34,051 nt of DNA from Paraglomus brasilianum (Eukaryota). Shown piece after piece: positions 23,851 to 34,051 of this stretch (position 1 is the first letter of the stretch; every line of letters starts with the position of its first letter). The stretch covers positions 1-34,051 of the forward strand of contig CAJVPI010000346.1 of assembly GCA_910592345.1 (NCBI GenBank), given 5' to 3'. The translations under genes were made by a program, and so were the position numbers. The notes under the pieces were generated by a model. That model searched no databases and was not told the DNA's origin. It saw only the letters and a program-made list of their open reading frames with translations.

Positions 23851-26322
23851 GCAAGTGTTTACATCAAGATTATTAGAGGGCTTGTTTATAATAGTCAAGA
23901 CATTGTTAGGGCTGTCACTTCTTCAGGAAGGTGTTTTTTATGATTTTTAATTTTATCAAAACTTCTGTAACGATGACACTATTGATTAAATGCGAGTATA
24001 ATATTTGACATTTAATTAACATGATGTTGACATTCACATCCTTAACAGTAGACTTGTGCCCAGTCTTTTTTAACGCAATTTCTGTGCGCTGTCGTATTAG
24101 TATTGCAACTTTGTTCACACTTTTGTTTATCTGTTGTGTCATGGCACACTTGTAACCACTCGTTACACTTTCATTGCATAACGTTTGACTTTACAGTGCA
24201 GAGACTTTTTTTGGAGTTTTTCATTTATTATACAGATTACCTAATATATAATTGAATTCGCATGATCTGATTTTGCGTCCAAGATGCGTTACTCCAAAAT
24301 TACGACAAGTAATTCGGGAGCACTCGTTATAATTGCGCTTATTGCGACTTGTCTGATTTATATAATATTTCTCTACGTGTTCAGACAGACGAGATATGTC
24401 GAAACCTCATGTTTGGCTTTATGGAAAGTTATGAACATAAACAAATACGCAAATGCCGCCTTAAATAGTCGAGATAATGGAATGGCAACGTTTGTTTGCA
24501 AAATTGGCACATCTCTTTTCCAAATATATTTAGCGTCATGCTATGTATGAGGGCATGCCTTTGTCTTTATAATTTCCATATTAGCACCATACGATAGACA
24601 TTTATATTGCTCGTGATACAAACAAATTGTAATCAGTATTGTTCATATGTACAAAAATGGTAACGATGTCGCCTGACACTAATACCAACTATAGTTGCTA
24701 ATACCAAGTCATAAATATGTATTAATGGTTATAGTGATAAACTATTATTCCGAGAACATCATATTCGGACAGAATCGTCGCGAGATCTTCTAATAGCCAT
24801 TTTTACATTTTAAAGGAAAAGGGCTGACAATCCCACCATTTCTCACATTTATCGGTATAAGATGTCAATAATGGGCATATTAATATTTGTATGCATGGTG
24901 TATAAGTAATTGTTTCGTTTGTAGTTACTTGTGACGCTAATGACAAGTGAGAAGCAACACCCAAACAGGGACAACTCGTGTTACTTAATTCCAAGTATGA
25001 CAATCTAAGAACCAACCTTACAATAGTTTCGAACGGCGAAAAAAAAAAAAAATCGGCATCTTAAACAATTAATTGAAGGGAGCAATACAATATATCAAAA
25101 AATGAATCTCACACCCAAATGAGCAACATCCAGACAGGGATTATGACTAAACTACCATTGCATATCCTGCGCTCGAACGATAATGCGAGAACCAAAAAAC
25201 CCTCCTCCGTGCGTAGAGTGACGAGTGCCAACTCGTTCCACGCGTCTCTCAATGTTATCTCGTCGATGCCGTGGCCTGGGTGTGTCTGTCTTTAATCTAT
25301 CTTGGGAAGAACTAGGACTATTTTTATTGCACTGCATGAAACGCGCTGCATAGGACGAGCATGAATTGGCGAAACGAATGGGAATTACACCCTGGTGATC
25401 TTTAGAGATGAACAGATAGACCTGCCATACTTGGTCGGGCCTTTGACCGCATCGTCAGAGATGAGTGGATACAACATACTGAAAATATGCTTATTCTTAC
25501 TTTCCCACGTTCTTTATGCTGCTACTATTGGAACTTCTGAGTAAAATGGTTCATTCTATCGGTACCAAAAAATAAAAGTCATTGGTAGACTTTGGTGTGT
25601 GAATGGTAAACTTATATCTCGATGTTTAGCATCGGTTGCGTAGAAATCGCGCAAAATCGTTGTTTGATGTCAATCGCTCAGTCGACGAGGGTATGCGAAT
25701 TGGCGTAAAAAAGTGTGGGAACTTGTTGCATACAGATCGCATTCGGGGGGGGGGGGATGCATGATTTTCACCTGATTCAGTCAAGAGGTTAAGAAACATT
25801 ATTAATTAACAAATTTGCTTGCTATACGTTAAAGGTAACGGTAGCGTAGGTGCCACGTTTTTTAGGCAGCATAGTCCTGGGACGACTTTTATCACTAGTT
25901 TGAATCCACTTCATTCTCAGTAGCGCGTCATATTTAATAGCAGCAAGACGTAGATTTTTGCGTGTTGTAATAATAAGATCAATGTAACAATATGTATATG
26001 AATATCTTTATGCTCATGTAGATAATAATGTTGTATGTAACCTACTAATTCTCCCGTTTAAACAATAAAGCAGTATGGACAAAAGCGGGCACACTTTAAG
26101 AGCTCAAACAGGCAATCGGTGGCTTCATTTGATAGAACTACTGACATGACCGATTTTCTTTCGAAAATTTGTTAAAGAACTACGTGCTAAAAAAAGAAGA
26201 CTATAGAATTTTTTTTTACTATAAACTGAAAAGGAATTCATCTCGTTTTTAAAACGTGCTATGCCAAGAGGTATGATGAGGAGAGAACTTGAAAATCATT
26301 TTCCACAGAATTCGCACAAGGC

Positions 26323-27230
<908 letters not shown>

Positions 27231-29689
27231 GAGTGTTTATTTGAAGAGGTAGTAGAGGTAAAAGGAGGATTAAAGATACTGTTTAATATATATATATACT
27301 AAGAGACAGTAGTAGTATATAGGAAAAGGTTGTGTGCGAGAGAGAATAAACGACGAGAGGGAAGGGGGAAGAAGGAAAGTACGATAAACAAATTGGTGGA
27401 AATCGGGTCTATTTGTATAAAAAATCTAGTAAATAAAATTTCTGGTTTTTGGGGGTGGAAAAAGGATGGAGCTGGGTATATGTGAGAAATGCAAAAATGA
27501 GGTGGATCACAAAATCTGAAATTTTTTATGTAATTGGAAAAATGAAAAAATGGCTTTTTTTTAGACATAGCGCATAGCTTATGATGACGATGGTGGATGG
27601 GATGATTGTGATTAGCAAAGTAACGTAAAGTGTTTGATTCCTATTGTGCGCAATTGGTAGGAAAGTCTATTGGTAGACGAATGGATGGCATTGGAATTTA
27701 TTAATTGCTGTTGTTGTAGTTGTAATTATGTAAGTGTCTTAGTGAGCGATCCGCAAGAGAGACGAGAATTGTGACACGTGATGAATGAGTTTGGCGTGAT
27801 TAATGCAAGTATATTACTATAATATAGTTTGATTTACTAATTGTTCATACTACAGCGCCATTTGCCTCAATTGGTTTAAGGCATATTGATATATCTCTTT
27901 GAATATTCGCTGCGGGACTCTCACCTGTTATCCCGCTTCCTGGGTCACATCTTGCCCAAACCACCTCCTGTCTTCCAATGATGTTTACTTAACTTTATCG
28001 TTACAAAGTGGAATGTCATTTTCCCTTATTAAGACGTGTATTTAGTGTTTGTGTTGCGGGAGATATGATTATGTCAATACTACGTGTGACGACGAATAAA
28101 ATGCTACGTTTGGTCTAACTTCCACACGGTTTCAGTAGGACAGTAAATAAAGCATTGTAAGTCACTAGTCCTTTACAAGTAAACATGTTAGGAAATAACA
28201 GGTAAGCATGTTAAATAAGTAGTAATAGTCGTATTAGTTGTATGCATATGCATGCCAAAATTGGACCAAAGTAAACGCCACATAAATTTCAGGGGTCGAA
28301 ATTTCTATATTAGTAGCAGTATATAAGCTGGAAGTGCAATTAACTTCCAACACTTTATCGGGAAATTGAATTACAGGACAAAGTTTCAAAAAGGGCAACT
28401 TATTCATGGTATAATTAATCCGTCCCAGATCGACAATTAATTTGGAACAACATTGATATTCAATGCTAAAGATGTTGCATGCAAATTCTTTCTATTGTTT
28501 CATTTACTTTTTTAGAAAGAGTGGGACGCACATTCGTTGATGAAAAAATGCACGCGGTTTTACGAGTGAGTATAAAAGATCGGGTTAACTATAAACTCTT
28601 TGTTTATTCAAGAATGCGTATATAGTAAAAGTATGGCTTTTTTGTATTAACACAATCTACGTGTAAAGTTTAATGTTGCGATATATTAATAAACGTTTGT
28701 TTCACTGATCATGTGACAGTAATCTTTGTCATAACAAGATCATTAATACTCAAAGCGTAAAGGGCGGATAAGTTACTTGATCCCGTACAGACAGGCGAGT
28801 TTATTTTGATAGCGTTGACGTGAGGACTTTGAGTATGCGTCGATCAAGTCTTTGAGACAGCTACAAAGCAGTGTTGAGGCGCAAGACAATATCTTTGAGA
28901 ATTTGACGACCTTCTGGGACGCGAAATCCGATAATGGATTTTAAAGGTAATCGAGAATATTACTAATACCAAAATTTATCTGCCTGAATCTCATGCTCGA
29001 AATTAGAAAGAAACCCCAAATCACTGAAGTGTTATAACTTTCATGACATACAAAGATTGGCTTTATTATGATACTATTATGGATTGGATTTACTAACGAG
29101 TAAAGGCGGGAGGGGTAGTTGTAAAATTTCGATGCAGCAAAGCCTGACAAACGTTTCTCTTGGTGTTGTTCTAAATGCAGTTGCACGTAATCTCTAAATA
29201 GCACTCAGTCTTTCATATCACATTATTGAGCTCTTCAACATTTGGTACCGGATTGAGTTTACGCTATTCTCATTCCGAGCAAGCAAAGAGTTGATAGCCA
29301 CAGTTTTATTATAAAATTTGAAAATGTAAATGCACCAAATTGATTGCATAACTTGCATAATGAGTACAATCCATTCTCTTTTGCTTACTGTGTTTTCTTT
29401 GCTATTGAAAACTAATATTAATTATGACGTATATTCCTCCCTAATTTCTGCATAACTCCGGCAGTACCACAATCACGCATTGTCATTTAGTATCCAAAAG
29501 TGACAAACAGCACAATAACAATAATAGTAATACAATCAACCATACGCACTGGCAAAATCAAGCATGTAACAGTGCGAGTTTTTCATTTAGCTCTGTGTGT
29601 GTTCGGTTCCTTATTAACGGGTAGTTCTTTATACTCTGAACTATAATTATTAATGATGCGTTTCCTGGTAAATTATCGGTATAGTTGCT

Positions 29690-29925
29690 AATCCCTTATC
29701 GATTAGGGATATTTGCTTCTTGTCTCTCGTGGCATTACGATTGCTATTTGCTTATGACGTTTGAGTATACCCCGACCTACCATCGGAGGATTTAACTCGA
29801 GGACGAATAACTGTTGTCTACCGCGATCGACACAAGGTCGTGAGTAGTTTAAAGGTCACTAACTGTTAATATATCTAGGAGAAGCCACAGCTCCGTTCGA
29901 AAGATAGTTAAATCCCAATTAACCA
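29690..29925 (-). repeat. Dispersed degenerate repeat, inverted partner of ~16780-17075
   Basis: Reverse complement contains atttaactatctttcgaacggagctgtggcttctccta, acagttagtgacctttaaacta and aatatccctaat in the same order as the 16.8-kb copy. Confidence 0.7.
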
Positions 29926-30090
29926 TGTGCTTTTAGCGGGTGACTTGTTGATTTCGCTGTTAAATTCAATCGCTGAAGTTATTTTATCCAGAAAATTGTA
30001 CTCATGTGACGTACGTCACACAATTGCTAGTTTATTTTGGGCGCTGTGTTTATCGTTATAATTCACCTCTTGCTTCTTCGGTATATTATT

Positions 30091-31098
30091 ATGTCTTCAC
30101 TCGAAAAATTTTGTTGCGCAGAAAGCAAGCCGCCAGGTAGTGCGCCGTTATGGTTCATACCTGACAAGCAGTCTCGCGAGCTACTTCAGCAGCACAGAGA
30201 AAGGATTACAGTATGTATTGAGTAGTGCATGGAACTGCCATGGCACCCGCAGTAAACCCGCAGTAATTTTCTTACCGCTATTTTTGTGTAGGCGAAGACA
30301 GAATGGGAGACGGTGCGGGAGTTGCTCGAGAAGGAGTTGAACCGTTTCCCATGTCGTGTAGGGAGCAGGGAGCTAGAAGATGTGGTAAGTTTTTGGGGAC
30401 ATGTGGTGAGTTTAGAAAAGTCAAATAATGTCTATGAAATGCGCATACTAATTATCGTAATCGTTCACAAAGACCCGCAACCCTTTATTTCAAAACCTGG
30501 TTTCGGGTCATATACTTTCAGTCAGCGCCATTAAGAAATATACGGCAGATTTTAATGAAGGCATTGAGAAATGCAAGCGCAAGAAGGATAGTGAAAGCAT
30601 GAAGCTGGTAATTATTGGTGTTGATTGTATTAGTCTTTGTGTTCTTACGCCGGGCGCCGTTGCGCTAGCTTTGTTACGGGCAATGCCTTGTGTATCTCGT
30701 CGACAAAACGTCGGATATGGAGCCTCTAGAATCCAACATAGTGTAGTAATATTTATGATTGCCATGCTTACATCTTCATTAGTCTGAGCGTTGGCTATTA
30801 TTTGAGTGCTCCTTGCCATTTAAGCCAATAATTAATTATTTATTTGACTTCATAGAACGTTCGAAAACTGTCTTACGAGGACGTCTTGGATAAAGAGCAG
30901 CGCCGAGTAAGTGTTGTGTGATTTTCTGCAAAATCTATTGTTATTGACTGACTGAATAGAAATTGTTTTTAGCGTCAGAAACTTGAAAGTACAAAAAGTA
31001 GGGCTATGATTTCATTCATACTATCATCCACAGCACGACGACGGATCTCGACGAAGATTATGCCCTCTGGTGGAATCAAAAATTCTACCCGTTTATAG
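30091..31098 (+). CDS. Multi-exon hypothetical protein (~174-198 aa), possibly a recent pseudogene
   Basis: Exons 30091-30210, 30292-30384, 30473-30607, 30856-30906, 30973-31098 are all phase 0 with GT-AG introns and no internal stop; possible extra exon ~30669-30740. An alternative frame in the last exon looks more protein-like, suggesting a frameshift. No domain recognised. Confidence 0.6.
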
Positions 31099-31465
31099 AG
31101 GTTGTTTTAAATTAACGCCTGTTTATAGAGGTTGTTTTAAATTGATTCCTGTTTATAGAGGTTGTTTTAAATTAATTCCTGTTTATAGAGGTTTTAAATT
31201 AACGCCTGTTTATAGAGGTTGTTTTAAATTAATGCCTGTTTATAGAGGTTGTTTTAAATTAATGCCTGTTTATAGAGGTTGTTTTAAATTAACGCCTGTT
31301 TATAGAGGTTGTTTTAAATTAATTCCTGTTGATAGAAATTGATTCCTGTTTATAGAGGTTGTTTTAAATTAATGCCTGTTTATAGAGGTTGTTTTAAATT
31401 AATTCCTGTTTATAGAGGTTGTTTTAAATTAATCCTGTTGATAGAGGTTGTTTTAAATTGATTCC
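31088..31465 (+). repeat. 30-bp minisatellite, 13 copies (consensus cctgtttatagaggttgttttaaattaa-yk)
   Basis: Head-to-tail units start at 31088, 31118, 31148, 31178 (27 bp), 31205, 31235, 31265, 31295, 31325 (20 bp), 31345, 31375, 31405 (29 bp) and 31434. No spacers. Confidence 0.97.
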
Positions 31466-31974
31466 GGCCTCCATTAAAGAGGTGGATTCAACAGTATTGT
31501 ATCGAGCATAAAGATGTGGAGAAAAAATCTTAGCAAACTGTATAAGTAAACCATACTGGAATTTATTTGTTGGTTTATGCAACTTGATTCTAACATGAAA
31601 ATTTTCTAGTGAGCGATGAGGAATGGGATGAAGAGAGAGGGGGTGAGGAGGGTGAGGATGCCATTGAGATTGAAGATGGAGAAGATGAAACAGTTGTAGA
31701 TAATGGAGTGGAATTGCTGTTTGGAGAATTTTCGAGATTTGGGGCCACATCGCCAAAGCATAATAGGGATTGGAAAAAAACTGCTCCGCTCATGCAAAGA
31801 CGGCTATAAAAGGCTTTATAGAGTGATCCTTGGAGGGCGATAGTGCTGCGAAGGCGGTAAGGGAATCCTTGCTTGCAGTGCCTATGATAGGGCTATTGGT
31901 TATAATGGCGTGTCAGTTCTGGACTCCTTCGGCGGCGCCGTTATATTTACAAACAAAATGTCCGAAAATTATTT

Positions 31975-32100
31975 TTATCGTAATCGCTCACAAAGACCCG
32001 CAACCCTTTATTTCATCGGGTCTTATACTTTCGGTCAGCGGAAGCCTTTCATTGGACAAAGCCATTAAGAAATATACGGCAGATTTTAATGAAGGCATTG
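31975..32100 (+). pseudogene. Duplicated fragment of the intron 2/exon 3 region of the gene at 30091
   Basis: atcgtaatcg(c/t)tcacaaagacccgcaaccctttatttca...tatactttc(g/a)gtcagcg...ccattaagaaatatacggcagattttaatgaaggcattg matches ~30454-30567, with an 11-nt deletion and 21 extra nt. Confidence 0.85.
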
Positions 32101-33399
32101 CTCAATCGTCCGTCAACGTCCTCACTACCGTCCGCCCTATAATATAATGCTACACGGCGCAACCGTTCTTACCGTCCTTTGAAGAAGTAGCAGACGAAGT
32201 AGTCAGACTAAAGACTAGCAGCGATGGTCTACCTCTCAAAGTAAACAGAGCATCGACACCAGAAAATAGATCCGTAATTGATTTGGAAACAACAGATACC
32301 CCTTTAGTATTAGGCAAGCAGCAACGGCGCCGGTAATCTCGACTCCATAGCAATTAATTCATGTATCAAATATTGTATATCTAAACAATAATAATAAAGA
32401 ATACTGATAATATTACAATCAAATTTTCAACATTAGCCTAATTCATAGATGCGCGATGGATATAAAAGTATATACAAAAAATTAATTTGGGTGACAAGTT
32501 TTGGCAAAGGGATAGGCGTGCCATAGGAAGAACGTGATGGAGAATCTGGCAGGGTAGTTAGAAGCAATTACCGTTAAAACTTTGGAAATACGATGCTAAA
32601 GAAAGGTGTTAAATGATTAGTGACGATTTGCATCAAAGGTAAAAACAGCTACCCCACCTGACTATGCAACCTATCTAGCGAAAAGCATGTGTAATGTGCG
32701 ATTGGCTCGGATCTTTTAAAACGACACTGTCCCTTTCTCTTTCCCCGCAATCCATTGATTGATTGTGAGGATGATGCGGTTTTCTTCTTTTCTTTGACCA
32801 TACACAGTTAGTTCAATACGGTTTCTCTTTCGATTGTCTGTTATCTTAATTTAATGTACAACTATTCTTAATTACTTACTTTAATACTATAAAACGCTTC
32901 CAAAACTGGCACCAGGCCTACAATTTTTCCCGTTCTTTTGGGACAGATACATCTGCAACCAAGATCATCCTGTATACTTCGTCATAATTTAAATCCATCT
33001 CGTAGATGCGAATATGCTCACCTATGAATGCAATTAAAGTCGGTCGAAAGAGATCATGTTTCCATATTTTTTGAGTAGATCTTTTTTGACCAATACGGAG
33101 GATCGGTGGTATATGCGCAGTAAAGACAATATATCATGTGATCAACGCGTCTACTCTCAGGATGGAGGCGACTTTATTGATCCTCAACTTGTATTATGTC
33201 GAAAACCCTTATTACCATATTATACCGACATTAAACTCAACCTCCAACTGCCCGCCTAGTGGCGGTTTTATCGCTAAAGATGAGACCACGTCCCATCACC
33301 ATCATCCGCGGCAACAAAATTGCTCGACTCGAACCCGAAGTTGAGCAGATAAAGACAACGTCCGCGGATATACAGCAAACTAAGCCGAACATGCTGCAC

Positions 33400-34051
33400 A
33401 ACACACAGGTTATAATATGTGTGTTGTGCAAATATGTAGTGGAGCACCTTTCAAGCATAAATGGTGATCTGTGATTAAGGCACTTCTTCACTCATAAGTA
33501 CTTTGCTCTGTCTTTCCCTTTCCCTAACATATGTTATATTATTTATTGATTTTGTAAAAGGTTCGTCAAGGCATTACAAACAGTAGTCATCAAAGTCATC
33601 CAAACCATCAAAGATATCCATGTCCTCCTTCATTCAATCCTTCAGTATCAGACACAAGATTGTTGAGAGAAATTTTAGGTACATATCATAGAGAATCTCA
33701 GAATGGATCAAAGTTATCGATTCTTATATACTTATATCATATGGGGCATGCTGCAGACAAAGTGAACATTCTATTATGTGACATAAATGAGAGGCTGATT
33801 ATGATGTGGCTGTAAAATTAACCAATGTGCACTGATGATGTTTTGAAAAGTAATAATGGTGCTCATTCATAACTTATGGACTTGTTATTTTAATGTTCAC
33901 TTTATCATACCAGAATGTGATGAATATAAACCATAATGTGATTAATATAAGACTACCTTCATATAAAAAAATATAATGAATCATTAACAATGTATTTCAG
34001 AGTATAAAGAACTACTCATTTATTTACAATAAAGGAATCGAGAGTAATTAG
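33400..34051. other. CpG-depleted tract, probably a decayed repeat or pseudogene continuing beyond the window
   Basis: About 3 CG dinucleotides by eye in ~650 bp, with abundant TG/CA and no intact ORF. Confidence 0.45.

Noticed and set aside
25152..25560. ORF ending HGGGFFGSRIIVR, faintly like the end of an RRM
   Set aside because: No RNP1/RNP2 motifs and no coherent splice model.
28740..29230. Protein-like fragments such as EDFEYASIKSLRQLQSSVEAQDNIFENLTTFWDAKSDNGF
   Set aside because: Possibly a decayed gene, but with many stops and no identifiable family.
31088..31465. CRISPR-like appearance of the 30-bp repeats and the 90-aa PVYRGCFKL ORF
   Set aside because: Units are contiguous with no unique spacers, there are no cas genes and the context is eukaryotic. 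The ORF starts at GTG and follows from the unit length being a multiple of three.
31609..31860. Acidic ORF followed by DWKKTAPLMQRR, reminiscent of a transposase N-terminus
   Set aside because: GTG start, short, and no catalytic domain or terminal repeats.
32150..33480. Several short overlapping ORFs on both strands
   Set aside because: No recognisable motifs or consistent exon chain.

Overview
Eukaryotic, intron-rich, AT-rich fungal DNA. Gene content and intron style suggest Mucoromycota, probably Glomeromycotina; this is inference. Most ORF-track entries are exon pieces or noise. Splicing by hand gives these genes: an 8-exon two-TM membrane protein with a DEG/ENaC-like layout (-), exonuclease V EXO5 (-), a DUF1647-like type II membrane glycosyltransferase-like protein (+), a protein resembling both conserved domains (NCD1+NCD2) of animal NAB corepressors (-), the prolyl 3-hydroxylase OGFOD1/Tpa1/Ofd1 (+), a divergent Brr6/Brl1-like four-cysteine membrane protein (+), a 4-exon histone H3 absent from the ORF track (-), and a 5-6-exon orphan gene whose 3' end is amplified into a 13-copy 30-bp minisatellite (+). 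Between the genes are an internally deleted Tc1 transposon, a palindromic MITE, a CpG-depleted pseudogene interrupted by an insertion with 17-bp direct repeats, dispersed duplications and decayed gene fragments. I found no CRISPR array, rRNA or tRNA. Domain calls come from remembered motifs, not database searches.
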